Below, one piece after another: positions 38,660-53,419 of a DNA stretch of 64,000 nt. Position numbers and translations under genes: made by a program. The stretch's first letter is position 1. Every line of letters begins with the position of its first letter. Below the pieces are notes generated by a model, which was given only the letters and a program-made list of their open reading frames with translations, did not search any database and had not been told where the DNA came from. This stretch comes from Octopus sinensis (lineage: Eukaryota), in contig NC_042998.1 in NCBI RefSeq assembly GCF_006345805.1, positions 150,350,001 to 150,414,000 of the forward strand, in the 5' to 3' direction.

Positions 38660-39480
38660 ATGTATACGTACATACATACATACATACATACATACGTACG
38701 TACATACATACTACATACATACATACATACTACATATACATACATACATACATACATACGTACGTACGTACGTACTACATACATACTACATACATACATA
38801 CATACATCATACGTACTACGTACAAACATACATACATACATACGTCGTACGTACGTACATACATACAACATACATACATACATACATACATACGTACGTA
38901 CGTACGTACATACATATACATACATACATACATACATACATACATACATACATACATACATACATACATACGTACGTACGTACAACATACATACATACAT
39001 ATATACATACATACATACATACATACATACATACATTACGTACGTACATACATACATACATACATCCTACATACATACATACACATACATACATACATAC
39101 ATACATACATACATACAACATACACATACATACATACATACATACATACATACATACATACATACGTACGTACGTACAAACATACATACATACATAACAT
39201 ACGTACGTACGTACGTACATACATACATACATACATACATACATACATACATACATACGTACGTACGTACGTACATACATACATACATACATACATACAT
39301 ACATACATACATACATACATACATACGTACGTACGTACAAACATACATACATACATACATATATACATACATACATACATACGTACGTACGTACATACAT
39401 ACATACATACATACATACCTACATACATACATACATACATACATACATACATACATACATACATACATACATACATACAT
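38660..39480. repeat. ~820-bp compound (TACA)n/(TACG)n tetranucleotide array
   Basis: Direct reading. Confidence 0.95.
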
Positions 39481-40207
39481 GCCAGTCGTCATAAACCAGA
39501 AATAATATAAGATGCAAATTAAGTCGCAATGTTTCTATTTTAAATATCTTGCATATGTGCGTGTATGCACATAAGGGTGTGTCTATGCGCCCGTGTGTCT
39601 ACGCGTGGTCCGAGGAGTGACACCCCGAGATCATTGTGAGGAGACTTCACAGAATATTGCCACCGAGTACAATGGTTTGGCCGATCTAACAGGAGAAAAT
39701 TAACAGTTCTGCTTGTTTCTGGTGAGAGTTGGCTGCGAAGATTTCCCGACACTGTTTGGTTGGAAGTTGCTGAGAGATCTGAGAGAAGCAAGAAAGGTGG
39801 GGAGACTGCTGTATCTTGAAATGTGCTGTGGTAGAGTATAACAGAAGGAGCTTCTGGCTAACAGGATGCAGACAGAAGCAGGATGCAGACAGCTGAAAGC
39901 CTGTTGATGGGAAGTTAATGGCCATCACGACCGACCCGCCAAATGGAGGTCCATTGTGTTTTAGAGTTGAAATACTCAAGAAAAATTGAACAGCGCCAGA
40001 TAATTTCTCTTAAGCGAACATTACACACAGAAGTAAGATATTGGATCTACTAGCACCTCTATAAACAAATACATATATTGTAGACACATGTAGGTACTGA
40101 TTACCACAGAGATAAAAATAGAGCTACAATACTAACTTTTTAGTAACATGTATGATATATATATGCATAAATATATGTATATATAAGTATATATATATAT
40201 ATATATT

Positions 40208-40257
<50 letters not shown>

Positions 40258-40321
40258 ATTATATATATGTACTTATATATACATATACATACATACATAT
40301 ATACATACATACATATATATG

Positions 40322-40378
<57 letters not shown>

Positions 40379-40749
40379 TATATATATCTGTTGACATATA
40401 CAATTACAGAAGAGCTACTAATAGTTTTAGGTTTTAAAACAAATTAGTAGATTCATATAACATGTTATGTATTTTCAAAGAATCTAATTTATGACAGCAC
40501 ACCAAAAGAAAAAAAAGAGGAGAGAGAAAACTTAGATGAAAAATTGCGAAGAAGATTGATGCAAAAACTGGAAGGAGAAGAAAGAAAGAAAGAAACAAAC
40601 AGAACTAAGATCTTCATCCTCTTTTACTATAGAAACCATATACAATGTTGATGGTGCAGAATAATATAACAGAAAGAGGTGGTGGGCAAAGTCTGTGAGA
40701 TAGCTACTCAGTCCGGAGTGGGTGATGCCCTCCAGTTCAATAAAAGAAT

Positions 40750-41520
40750 CCTGTCTGTGTGCTTGCATTTGTTAGGTTCTGGAATTAAATAGCGTCGTGG
40801 AATTCTTGGGCCTAAAAAGAATATTGCAATCTTTCAGCTACGCATAACTCTCTTTGGTCCATTTACATATAGAATATATTTCTCCACGATTCCCCACTTG
40901 ATTGTATGTGGTGTGCATTTGGTCTTCAGATCCCATTCATGGCTAGCCAACTTAGTGGCCTTATTTTTATCAATGTTTCAGAAAGAATACTGGTGATTTA
41001 CTTAACGGCTTTTAAAATCGCCTTCGCACAAACTGGTGTAATTTTATTTCTCAGTTATGTTGCCTTGGAGTACTGCTGTAACATCGGCTTCATAAACAAC
41101 TGCGTTTATCAACCATGCCTAATGAAGCCGGTAAGATTCAGGGTCTCGACAGTTACAACGGGAAGTGGGCTCCTGATGTGACTTCCGAGTGGTAATGTCG
41201 TTTATATTGGGAAAGTAGCTGTACGAATTTTTTGTTGAGCGTCTATTAAAAATATTCCTGTGATTTGCCTTTAGTCAGGTCTCAAAATTACTGTCCCCTA
41301 ATTTGTCCAAAGTTGATGTTTTATATGCGTGACAGTGTCATAAATAAAAGTTCACTTTTATTTCTATGCAGACTCTGTGAAGTTGAGTATTGGCCACTGA
41401 TTTTTCGGGTTATTCTTTATTGTTTCATTTCTCTGTTTTTAAACAATCATCTTATTTACAAAAATATTCCTAAAAAGATGTTTTTAAAACATCATAAAAA
41501 GGCCTAAGTCTTAAAGGTAG
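40750..41520 (-). mobile_element. Penelope-like element fragment (thumb, CNCR linker, GIY-YIG), decayed
   Basis: Minus strand: FNRRSTKNSYSYFPN, CNCRDPES, INAVVYEADVT, LCEGDFKSR.NH..SF, KATKLASHEWDLK, LCVAE, LFNSR. Confidence 0.75.
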
Positions 41521-41559
41521 ATAACAAAAGCTCTAGCACACACATACACATACCTCTTA

Positions 41560-42100
41560 GAAATTATGATGGGTAAAACAACTAACGATGAATAATTGGA
41601 GGAATAGAAAAGAATATCCGGCTGGTGAAGAACTACAAGTACATATATCCAAACAAAACAATACCTAAAATGTGGTTGTCAAAAGACAGACTATGTTACC
41701 AGCGACAGATGCTATGAAGCAATGAAGGTACAATTCCACAAAAATGACAAACAACGAAGCAATCCACTTCTCCAGACAGAATTGGAGAACTTATCGTCAT
41801 TCCAGTCAATGTACACGTGATGTCAAATAACGTAAGAACCGATGAAAATTAAAGACTGTCCCTGATCAGACAGACTTGTCGAACGGCACCTTAATGCTCG
41901 TTGTGGTGAAAGGAAAGACCCAGGTGCTACACATATGACAACACCAACTGCTAAAAGTCAATATTGACGTTGCAAAACTAAAAGAAGAGAAAGCTCAACC
42001 ACAACAACTAGAAGATCAACTCAAGGAAAACTTGAAGTCACAGGAAGCAAAGCAACACTCAGAGCGTAAACGACTGGGAAAATGTTAACCAGAACAATCA
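41560..42100 (+). pseudogene. Second, more decayed copy of the ORF1-like remnant
   Basis: PDQTDLSNGTLMLVVVKG-RPRCYT aligns with PDLITLPDVTHMLVFMEGKESRCHT at ~33490-33565. Confidence 0.4.
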
Positions 42101-42159
42101 ACAGTAGAAACAAAAAGAATCAAAACCAAAAAGTATCTAAAAAACAGAATATTAACAAT

Positions 42160-42581
<422 letters not shown>

Positions 42582-42944
42582 GAATGTCGCGTTGATAATC
42601 TCAACTTCACCGATGTGATGGTGTACACAACAAATAACCATAAAATATATTTTTGTCTATTTTGAAATATTTGCTTTATTGTGTGATAACATGGGCTTCG
42701 TCATTCCTGTCTACCTACACGACCTCAAGAATTTATCCTCATCCAAATTGTGCCGTCAAATAAGTGTAAGCGATGGTGAAAACTAAAGTGTAAATACTAC
42801 AGAGAATCGGGAACTGGAGTTGGAGGATACTAGAGCCGACGGGTTTGTGGTTTCGACCCAACCTCAAAGATGGTATCTTAACCATGCGTGAGAATGCTAT
42901 CTTCTTTTCCCGTATTTAAGTATGAGCGTGTGTATATATATACC

Positions 42945-43590
42945 CATGCATATATGGGTACAGGACGTCACAAACAGTAAAGAACATGAAATACGATAAC
43001 AAATAAGTTGAATACGCAAACAACGAGAGAAGCAGATGGAAATCAGGACAAATAACATAAAGAACGACCTTTCATCAGTTGCCGGCGGCCTATCTACTCC
43101 TCATTTCGAGCACTGAACGACAATATGAATCTTCAAAGGCAGTTGCTCTCACAAAGCCAAAATAAAATCTGGGATTTTATGGAGGGTCAAAGTTGGTAAC
43201 AAAAACAGGATAGTGGAGACATATAAGAGAGGGTCGTTACACCAGACGAAGGTCAAATAGCGGACGCTGGAGAAATATTTTCTTTGATAAGAGAAAAGGT
43301 AGAAAAGACAGGATACGTCCAACCGCTCGGACAGCCCTAAAAGAAAAGAAAGATGATCAAGTGAGGGAAAGAAAGATGGACGATCATCACGTGTGAGGAA
43401 CGAGAGAGAGTAAAGGAAAAGAGGGAGAGAGACCGACAGACAGAAACCGGTGAAGGGGAGAAAAAAGGAATTAGAGAAACGATTAGAGAAAATGATAGGG
43501 GAGAGAACAATATATAGATAGAGACGCATTAAAAAAATTAAGATAAAGTTACTTGGAAATGGATGCGTAGCGTTCAATTAAATAATATAT
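42945..43590 (-). repeat. Copy 3 of the 12348-12975 repeat family
   Basis: Reverse-complement homology over the whole length, including both termini. Confidence 0.8.
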
Positions 43591-43631
43591 ATATATGCAT
43601 ATATATATATATATATTATATATATATATAT

Positions 43632-43680
<49 letters not shown>

Positions 43681-43772
43681 AATTAACCAGTTAGAAAATT
43701 TCTATAAGAGATGAGAGCAATAACTACACTGAAATTGGATATTGCCACTTAAACATATTCCATGGGAATCGA

Positions 43773-44119
43773 CATTACTACTATTTTTAACACAAGGGGG
43801 ACGCCTCTCCCAGCTGGTTATTTGATGTAATCTGCGTCCGATATATTTTGCAAAGTATAACAGTAACACCGCCAAACCACCAGAATGTAGGGTGTTGACC
43901 TCTCTGTGGTAATCCTCGGTGGTAGATACTCGTTCGCTAGAGATAGCAGTAGCTCATTCCAGCTGGCAATAACTAGCTAATTTGCTTGTTGCAAGATCAG
44001 TGAGTGTGTCACTTGAATTCTATATATTGCGGGTTGAACTTCTGCTATCTCTAGCGGGTGAAGATTGCATCCAATAACCAGCTGAAGGAGGCGTCCTCCT
44101 GGCATTAAAAATAGCAATG
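43773..44119. mobile_element. MITE-like element with nested inverted repeats
   Basis: 43773-43832 vs 44063-44119; inner cgctagagatagcag (43935-43949) vs ctgctatctctagcg (44042-44056). Confidence 0.6.
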
Positions 44120-44372
44120 ACATCAGTTCATTCTGAGCAGCCATATTTAAGTAGTATCACCATTACATATATATGTGGGTGGGTGCATATGCGTGTGTGC
44201 GCGTGTGCGCGTGTATATATGTAAGTATGTATCATAGATAGATAGATTTGAAGAAGAGATTAAGCTCGAAACGTCAAAGAGATTTCCATTTACTTGACAG
44301 TTCATTAAATGTTGTTTACAAATTCTGAATCTGTGAGTATGTACACACATACACATACGCGCGCACATATAC

Positions 44373-44458
<86 letters not shown>

Positions 44459-44759
44459 GCATGTACACATACGTCTTAGCCGCACCCCCACGTTTTTATA
44501 TTTCTGTAAAACATTTTTCTATGTATTGTACCCTTGTGGCTAATAAAAGAAAGATTTCTTATTGTGGCTGTTATTCCTAAAGTCATAGTAGTAGTAGTAA
44601 TTGTTGTTGTTGTAATAAATGAGGGGGTGGCGGTAGGGTTGTTGCTGTTGTTGCCGTCGGTCATATTATTCGCGTTTCACTTGTTTCGCTGGCTGTCGCC
44701 TTGGAGATGATGGTGGTGAGCGTGTTGGTAGTAGTAGTGGTGTTGGCGGTGGAGATGGT

Positions 44760-45034
44760 GTCGGTGGTGGTGGTAGTGGTGGTGCTGCTACTGCTGCTAC
44801 TGCTGCTACTGCTGCTGCTACTGCTGCTGCTGCAGCTGCTGGTTGTCGTCATCTTCGTCGTGGTTATCGTTCGTGGTTTGGGTGGGTGGTGGTGAACTTG
44901 GCGGTGTTACTGTTTTACTTTCCCTTGTTGTTGTTGTTCTTCTTCTTCTCCCCCGCTTCCTCCTTATTCTTCTCCTCCTCCTCCTCCTCCTTCTTCTTCT
45001 TCTTCTTCTACTACTACTGCTACTACTACTACTG

Positions 45035-45082
<48 letters not shown>

Positions 45083-45253
45083 TGTTCTTCCTTTTCTGTT
45101 GTTCTTATTTCTCTTCATTTCTTTCTGTTCTTGTTATTTTAATTGTTTATAAAACCAAAACTACGAAGAACATTACTATTATCATTATTATTATTATTAT
45201 TATTATTAGTATTAATATCATCATCATTATTATTATTATTATTATCATCATCA

Positions 45254-45306
<53 letters not shown>

Positions 45307-45792
45307 GTTATTATTATTACTATTATTATTATTATCATTATTATTATTATTATATTATTATTATTGTTGTTGTTATTATTATTATCATTATTATTATTTT
45401 TATTATTATTACTATTATTACTTTTATTGCTGTTCTTGTTACTATCGTCTCGTTTTATTCTTGTTGCTATTGTTGTTGCTGCTGTACTTGTATGTTGTTA
45501 TAGTGATGCTACTCCTCTTTACGACCGCCATTATACTTTACCCCTACCCTGCACTATCACCTTATCTGCTGTTTATGGAAATTGGTTTGTTTTTCTTTCC
45601 AACTCTTCCGTTGCTAACTCCATAAACAGTTCAGACGGTACACACACTCCTTCTTTTTCTCTCCTTACCACCGTATGTCGCTTTCTCTCTATCTCCCTCT
45701 CTCCTTATTCATACTCTCTCCCTATCTTTCTATGTCTTTCGGTCTACCTATCTACCTGTCTATGTATGTATGTATGTATGTATGTATGTATG

Positions 45793-45862
<70 letters not shown>

Positions 45863-45863
45863 C

Positions 45864-45910
<47 letters not shown>

Positions 45911-46050
45911 GCCATCTATCTATCTATCTATCTATATATCTATCTATCTATATATCTATCTATATATCTATCCATCTATCCCATTTGTCTATTTATCTAT
46001 GTATCTATCAATCTATTTATCAATTTATCTATCTGTCTATCTATCTATCA
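44760..46050. repeat. Cluster of trinucleotide (CTG/CTT/TAC/ATT) and (TATC)n arrays
   Basis: Direct reading; it explains ORF 45082-46128. Confidence 0.9.
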
Positions 46051-46769
46051 ATCAAGCTGGCTAACTATCACTGTCTCCTCCTCGTCTTTAATGTTTTCAT
46101 CCCCCATCTTGAAATCGCAGACACATGAATATACATCCATGTATACAGACATACATGTGTATGTGTGCGTGTATGTGTGTTCTGCATAAACAGTGTACAT
46201 AAATATATGAATACACACATACATACATACATACATTTATATGTACGTATGTATGTATGTAACAATGAATGTATGTATGTGTGTGTATGTATATATGCTT
46301 GTATGTACACGTTCCACTGCTTATAGGAATATAGAAGTATGAATATACGTATGTACACGCACATACGTACTTATAAAGAACGCATACATTAAGAACACAC
46401 AGATATGTATAAACACATTTACGCGCGAACACACACACACACAAACACACAAACACACACAAACACACACACACACATAAACACACACACACACTTACAC
46501 ACACAAACTGACATCACATAGAGAGCAGACAACAAAGCAAAATGAAAGAGTTCACTCATTCATTAGATTCAATCTTCCCATTCATTTGTTTTTCTGGACA
46601 ATGACGTGTTTATTCTCACTCCCCGACCCCTACACTTACTCTTCCCTTAACTCTTCCTACACATACGCACATATACACAAATATACACACACACACACAT
46701 ACATCTAAACACAGATATGTATGCGTCCATATAAGTATCTTTGTGTGTGCGTATATATATATATGTATG

Positions 46770-46840
<71 letters not shown>

Positions 46841-46876
46841 ATATACATACACACACATATATATATATATATACAT

Positions 46877-46918
<42 letters not shown>

Positions 46919-47110
46919 TTGCACAATACACGCATGTTTATGTACAAGTTTTAAAAAATGTATATACATCCCCACTCACACATATTCCTACGCTCACACA
47001 TAAATATATATATGTAGACGGTATGCATAAAACCATATATACATATGTAAAATGTGTATACTTGCATATACATGTGTGCTTGTGTATATATAATGGATAT
47101 ATGTAATCAA

Positions 47111-47183
<73 letters not shown>

Positions 47184-47290
47184 CATATATATATATAAAC
47201 GTATACGCATTGGCACGCACATTCAGTCTGTTATTCAAGCACTCGCATACATACACATACCACCCACAAACACACACCATACGTGCGCAC

Positions 47291-47357
<67 letters not shown>

Positions 47358-47420
47358 GATAGATATATATATATACATATACATATACATATACATATAT
47401 ATATATACATATACATATAC

Positions 47421-47469
<49 letters not shown>

Positions 47470-47971
47470 ATATATTATATATATATATACATACATATAT
47501 GTATATATGTAGGTTTGTATGTATGTATGTATGTATACATTTGTACACAGATACGTTTATATAAAATGTAAAATGTATACACAGCCTCTACACGAAGCTC
47601 TATGGTTTCTCATCCGTTTCTCCGACCTCCATTCCAGTTGCCAAGCCTTGGATGGAGTCGAAATCTTACAGTCATTTCCTCGCCGGAAGTTCTGTTGGCG
47701 CCATTGTTGTCGGGGTCCTTGCATTACCCAACGTAAACTTGGCACAGCTCATCGACTGCCACCAACTGCTGGCTTCACTTACGCCACCATCATCACGGCT
47801 CTTCCGCAAACACCACCGCCACCTACCCCAATCACGCCTTCAAACATCGTCGTCAATGGCAAGTAACATGAGATCTCGGATCAAACGAACGCTTCCGGTA
47901 TTGTCTGTCTCTGGCTCTGCACTTGTCTGTCTCGTTTGTCTGCACATATGTCGGTCGACTGTTTGTTTGTT

Positions 47972-48016
<45 letters not shown>

Positions 48017-48859
48017 CTCTCTCACAAACACTGTCTCTCCTTCCCTCTTTCATTCTCCCATTCATTCCGACTGCCCTCTCTTTTGCCACACCCGAACACA
48101 CGTACACACACATGTATGTATGTATGTATGTATGTATGTATGTATGTATGTATTATGTATGTATGTATGTATGTATGTATGTATGTATGTATGTATGTAT
48201 GTATGTTTGCATGTATACATGCATGCATACATGTATGTATATATGTATGTATGTATGTATTTATGCATGTATGTATGCACGTATGCACGCATGTATGCAT
48301 ACATACATGCATATGCATCTATGCACGTACTAACATATGTATTTATGTATGAATGTATATATGAATGTATGTACATATGTATGGGTTTATAAATGAATGT
48401 ATGTTTATTTGTGTAAATATGAAACAGCCATTCTTTCTTTCTATGTCAGATTTAAAATAAGACTTCATTCGAGATTAACATGTTTTCTTAGAATGTCCAT
48501 ATTTCCTTATTAATCTTTTCGTTTTGTTTAATAACAACAACATTCGTACATTATTAAAATTTTAAGACCTTCTTGCTCTCATCATCTGAATGAACCGATA
48601 TCGTGGCGTGCAGCAGTGAGCAGTGAGCAACAAAGTGGCATGGAGTTAATGTTGTATCAGATAAAATCATCATCGCCGGATCTAAATATATTTAACCATT
48701 AAATTGTAGTGGCTTTCATCATTTAGTTTATGTGTGTTGTACGTGGCTGTTAAGTTTTATTTTGTATTCTGCTACTATGGCTCTAGTTTTATCATCCTTG
48801 ATAAGAGAAAGAAATGAAATGCAAGACTGACATGATCTAAATTTGAACTACAAAAGCCA

Positions 48860-49115
48860 CCCGGTGAAAGTAACGAAATACCACACGGTGCTTTAACCAG
48901 CACTTTATTCTTTTTCTACTTTAGGCACAAGGCCCGAAATTTTAGGGGATGAGGGCCAGTCGATTAGATCGACCCCATTACGTAACTGGTACTTAATTTT
49001 TCGACACTGAGAGGATGAAAGGCAAAGTCGACCTTGGTGGAATTTGAACTCAGAACGTAATGGCAGACGAAATACGGTTACGCATTTCGCCCGGCGTGCT
49101 AACTTTATTCTGTCA
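48860..49115 (-). mobile_element. tRNA-head SINE with Deu/Nin-like core
   Basis: Reverse complement: gcacgccgggcgaaatgc...gagttcaaattccaccaaggtcgactttgcctttcatcc. Confidence 0.8.
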
Positions 49116-49632
49116 TCGCAATTTAGATATAAAAAGAAACCAAAAACAAATAACAACAAAAGTAATTCACGTACAAAAGTTGGTGGAGCAACCTTGTCAC
49201 TGAGCAATCCTCCGCACTTTATGTGTGAAAGTCACAAATACGTAAATATTTCTCACATTCATTCAATCTAAAGCTGTGAATTCTATTTAAACAGTTTGGC
49301 ATACAGTGATGTTTCATGTATGTTGGAGATCAACGACTGGAAATTGTAGTTTCTATACCAAGGCTGCTTCTAAAGCCACTCCTTGTTTGCAACAGAAAAA
49401 TTCTAGTAATTATTGTTTTCATGTCAATCTTTATTCATTATTATATCAAGACTATCTACTTCTCTAAATCCCACACAATCCTAATTCCCTCTCTCTCTCA
49501 ATCATTCTTTATAAATGTATGTGTGTAGGCAGGTAGGTGTATGCGAGTGCATGTGTATAATTATGTGTGTATGTACATACATATAAACATTAGTTCTTGT
49601 GTCATTATATATATATATATATAATTAAAAGT

Positions 49633-50660
49633 CAGGGTACAATATGTAACCGTTTGCTTGAAAGAAGAGTTAAAACCCTCCAAGACCACGCATCTCTCAC
49701 TATATTTCTCGGAAATAGTCCTCCCACTTGTAAGATGCATTTAGTATAATACAAACAAGAACATAGACATCTTAATATCAATTGAGTTCGCTTTCTCAGT
49801 CAGTTAGGTATACTGTATAAACTATTTCAAACAACACATTTACCTCTCCGTGCTCATTGTTCAACTGAAGACCCTCCGAGCAAGTATAAATTTAAAATTC
49901 AAATAAGTTATCATTATTTATTAAAATAATGAAGGCGGTGCGCTGGAAGAATCGTTAAGCGTACCGGGCGAAATACTTATGTTCTCAGTTCAAATTCCAC
50001 CGAGGTCGACTTTTCCTTCTTTCATCTTTCCGGGGTCGATAAATTAAGTACCAGTGAAACACTGGGGTCGATGTAATCGATTAGTCCCCTCTCCCCAAAT
50101 TTCAGGCCTTATGCCTTTAGTAGAAATGATTATCTATAAAAATAATGATAAAGTGGCCAGCAAACATAATTCAAACAAACAAAATATATAATAAAATGCC
50201 AGGGTATAATATGTACCTGTTTGCTTGAAAGAGGAGTTAAAACCCCTCCAAAACTACGCATCTCTCACTATATTTAAACACGCACGAAGAATATAACAAA
50301 AATTATTTCTCCGAAATGGTCCTCCCACTTGTAAGATAGATTTAGTAAAATACAAATAAGAACGTAGACAACCAAATATCAATTGATTTCGCTTTCTGTA
50401 TCTTTCAAGTGGGAGCATTATTTCCGAGAAATATGTTTGCTATATTCTCCGTGCGTGTTTAAATAATGCTCCCACTTGAAAGATGCAGAAAGCGAAATGA
50501 ACTGATATTAATATCTATGTTCTTATTTGTATTATACTAAATGTATCTTACAAGTAGGAGGACTTTTCGGAAAAATAATTTTTGTTATATTATCCGTGCA
50601 TGTTTTAAATATAGTAAGAGATTCGTGGTTTTGGAGGATTTTAACACCTCTTTCAAGCAA
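49633..50660. repeat. One direct copy (49633-49796) plus a fold-back pair (50219-50423 / 50461-50660) of the same unit
   Basis: Shared cagggtacaatatgtaaccgtttgcttgaaagaagagttaaaacc...; ~200-bp arms with a ~37-bp spacer. Confidence 0.85.
49930..50135 (+). mobile_element. tRNA-head SINE with Deu/Nin-like core
   Basis: gaaggcggtgcgctggaagaatcgttaagcg...gttcaaattccaccgaggtcgac...ggggtcgataaattaagtacc. Confidence 0.8.
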
Positions 50661-50719
50661 CGTGACTTTTTATTGGATTCGGTTTACAAGATTTTTATTT
50701 GAGTTCGTGTGTTGAAGCA

Positions 50720-52962
50720 TATTCTGTTGTGTCTGGGGAGAGTCATTCTCATTTAGTGCCTTATGATTTAACACACTCACCGGTAAAGTTTCCACTCATT
50801 TACTTATTTATTTTTCTAAAATTTTCGTTGTCTTGCAACCTTTTCAACAGTTGTTGACTGAGTCCGTTATTCACACTGCGTTCTTTTTGTTTCTTGTGCG
50901 CATGTATGTGGGTCATTGTGTATGTATGTGTGCATACACATGTATGTATGTATGTATGTATGTATGTATGTATGTATGTATGCATGTATGCATACATGCA
51001 TGCATGTGTGTATGCATGTATGTGTGTGTGTGCATATGTATATATGTATGTATGTGTATGTATTCTGCATATTCATGTGTTTGTATGTCAGTGTTAGTAT
51101 GTTTTGTGTATGTGTGTGTGTTTGCATGTGTGTGTGTGTACCTCTGTCTCCTTGTGTGTGCATGTCAGAGTGTGCGTGTGTGTGTTTTTGTGTATGCATG
51201 GGTTTTTTTGCAACTATATACTGTGTTTGTATGTATGGATGTGTATCTCTATACGTGTGGACGTGTGTCTCCATATGTGTCCTTTTGTGAATTGAAGTGT
51301 GTGTGAATATATAGCCATGTGTTTCAGTTTTCATTTGTGTATGTATCTGTATGTGTGCTTGTCTATTCATATAACCTATGTACCTATGTACCTATGTATC
51401 GTCTGTATGTCTATCTGTTTACTATCATATCCATATTCCTACATACATGTGCAAATACATATACACCTATACACCCACCCACACCCACACATGCATACAT
51501 CTATCTACATAACAACCCACTAACTATTCTGTTCTACTTGTATCAACTGTGGTTATGGGAGTATGATATCTACTACGTATATTTCCTATTTAGTATTGGG
51601 GAAGATTCGTTTATAAGGACGTACTCCTGTAGTTGTCTGAGTGGATAAGATGCGGATGTCAAGTTGACTCAGGCTGCCTCCATGTTGGTCCTTGGCATGT
51701 TGGTAGATTATGGAGGACTGTTTTATGTTTGATCTCCTCAGAGCTTTCTTAAATCTACGGGCTAGTTCTCCATGGGCTGTGGCCCCTACAAGTATCACTC
51801 CTTGATATTTGTCGGTTCTATACCATGTGTTCACCCTGTTTTACTTAGTCACAAGTTCTTTGTATCCTATTCCAGTCTTTGTTTCTATGTCTAGGGCAGG
51901 TACCACTAGTATCATTACATATAATGTTATCTAATTTCTTTCTAGTACCCCTGTATACTCGAACCCTATCGTTCTGGTCATATCCAGAGAACTGCATGCG
52001 GTGCATGAAGTTCTGTACATGTTTTTTTTTTGTTTCATAGGTTTGCATACTGGGAACATGTTGTTCATTATCCTAAGTCTGATATCAGTATGTTAATTTT
52101 CATGTTGTTTTAAAGTAAAGTTTAACAAAAAACTATACATACAAGTTTAAGGTGCAGCCGTCGGTGTCGGTGTAGCTGGAGATATGGCCGGCCTCTTCAT
52201 GACCTAGTGGGACAGAAAAGTTAAGCAATTCTTAGCAGAACAGTCCACAACTCCTCTACTCTACAGTAGGTATGTAGATGACATTAATATCATAGTTAAG
52301 ACCAACTCTAGTAACGGTAGTGTAGAAACTGAGAGGAACGTAATGGAGAGCATCCAGCAATTAGCTAACTCCATCCACCACAGTATCAAGGTAACTATAG
52401 ATTTCCCCACTAGGCACCCCAACAATAGACTCCCCGTCCTTGATACTGAACTTTGGTTAGAGACTGTGAACAATAGAGTTCAGCTCCTCCACTCCTATTA
52501 CATGAAACCCATAGCTTCGAAATATGTTGCAGTTCTATATTTAAGAGATGAGGAATTATGTACATTATTTACATTATTTACAATTGACAGATATTTGTTC
52601 TATACACACACACACTCGGTCATGCACACACAAGGAGACAGAGGTACACACGCACACACACATGCAAACACGCACACACACACACACATACATATATACA
52701 TATGCACACACATACATACATTCACACACATGCATGCATGCATACATACATGTGTATACACATGCACACACTGACCCACACACATGCGCACAAACAAAAA
52801 GAACGCAGTGTGAATAACGGGCTGAGTCAACAACTATTGAAACGGTTGCAAGACGCAACGAAAATTTTAGAAAGATAAATAAATGAGTGGAAATTTTACC
52901 GGTGTGTGTGTTCAATTATAAGGCACTAAAAGAGAATGACCCTCCCCAGACACAACAGAATA
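50720..52962. mobile_element. Rearranged Penelope-like element: divergent RT-core (+) and thumb/EN (-) fragments between long inverted repeats
   Basis: Plus strand 52150-52530: GVAGDMAGLFM..WD, RYVDDIN, NSIHHSIKVTIDFP..HPNNRLPVLDTELW. Minus strand 52050-51586: NFMHRMQFSGY, WYRTDKYQGVILVGATAHGELA, SIIYQHAKDQHGG. Arms 50720-51165 and 52620-52962. Confidence 0.75.
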
Positions 52963-53419
52963 GACACACATACACACACACACACGCACAAACACACACG
53001 CGCGCGCGCGCATCACATATATATATATATTGTTTACTGTTCCGTTAAGGTATGATCAATGGAAAAAGTACACCAGCCAGTGAGAGATGAATATCATTTA
53101 ATGAATGATGCAATTTAAGTAAGAGCTACTAATAATTTCTTGCCATTCAGACACGCAGTTAGGCAGATTTTTATGGCGTGCCCTGTGTCTCCAAGCAATG
53201 AATTGACTTCGAGCGCATGGTTTGATCAACTTGTAAAATAGGACACTGGTACATGAGAAACAAAAGTAAAAACGAGGAGGTTAATGCACAAAGTGGAATC
53301 AGAGGACGAAGGGTGAATAAAAACGGGAAAAGAAAGGAAAGAAAAGAAATTAATTAGTTAGTCCCTTTTTACCATAGAATGATTCAACGGCTAGGAGTTC
53401 AAAATATGCGGAGCAGCTG

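Noticed and set aside
38150-39510. 451-aa and 286-aa ORFs
   Set aside because: Mostly translation of (TACA)n.
45082-46128. 348-aa ORF
   Set aside because: Built from (ATT)n and (TATC)n arrays; the unique middle part has no recognisable motif or splice structure.
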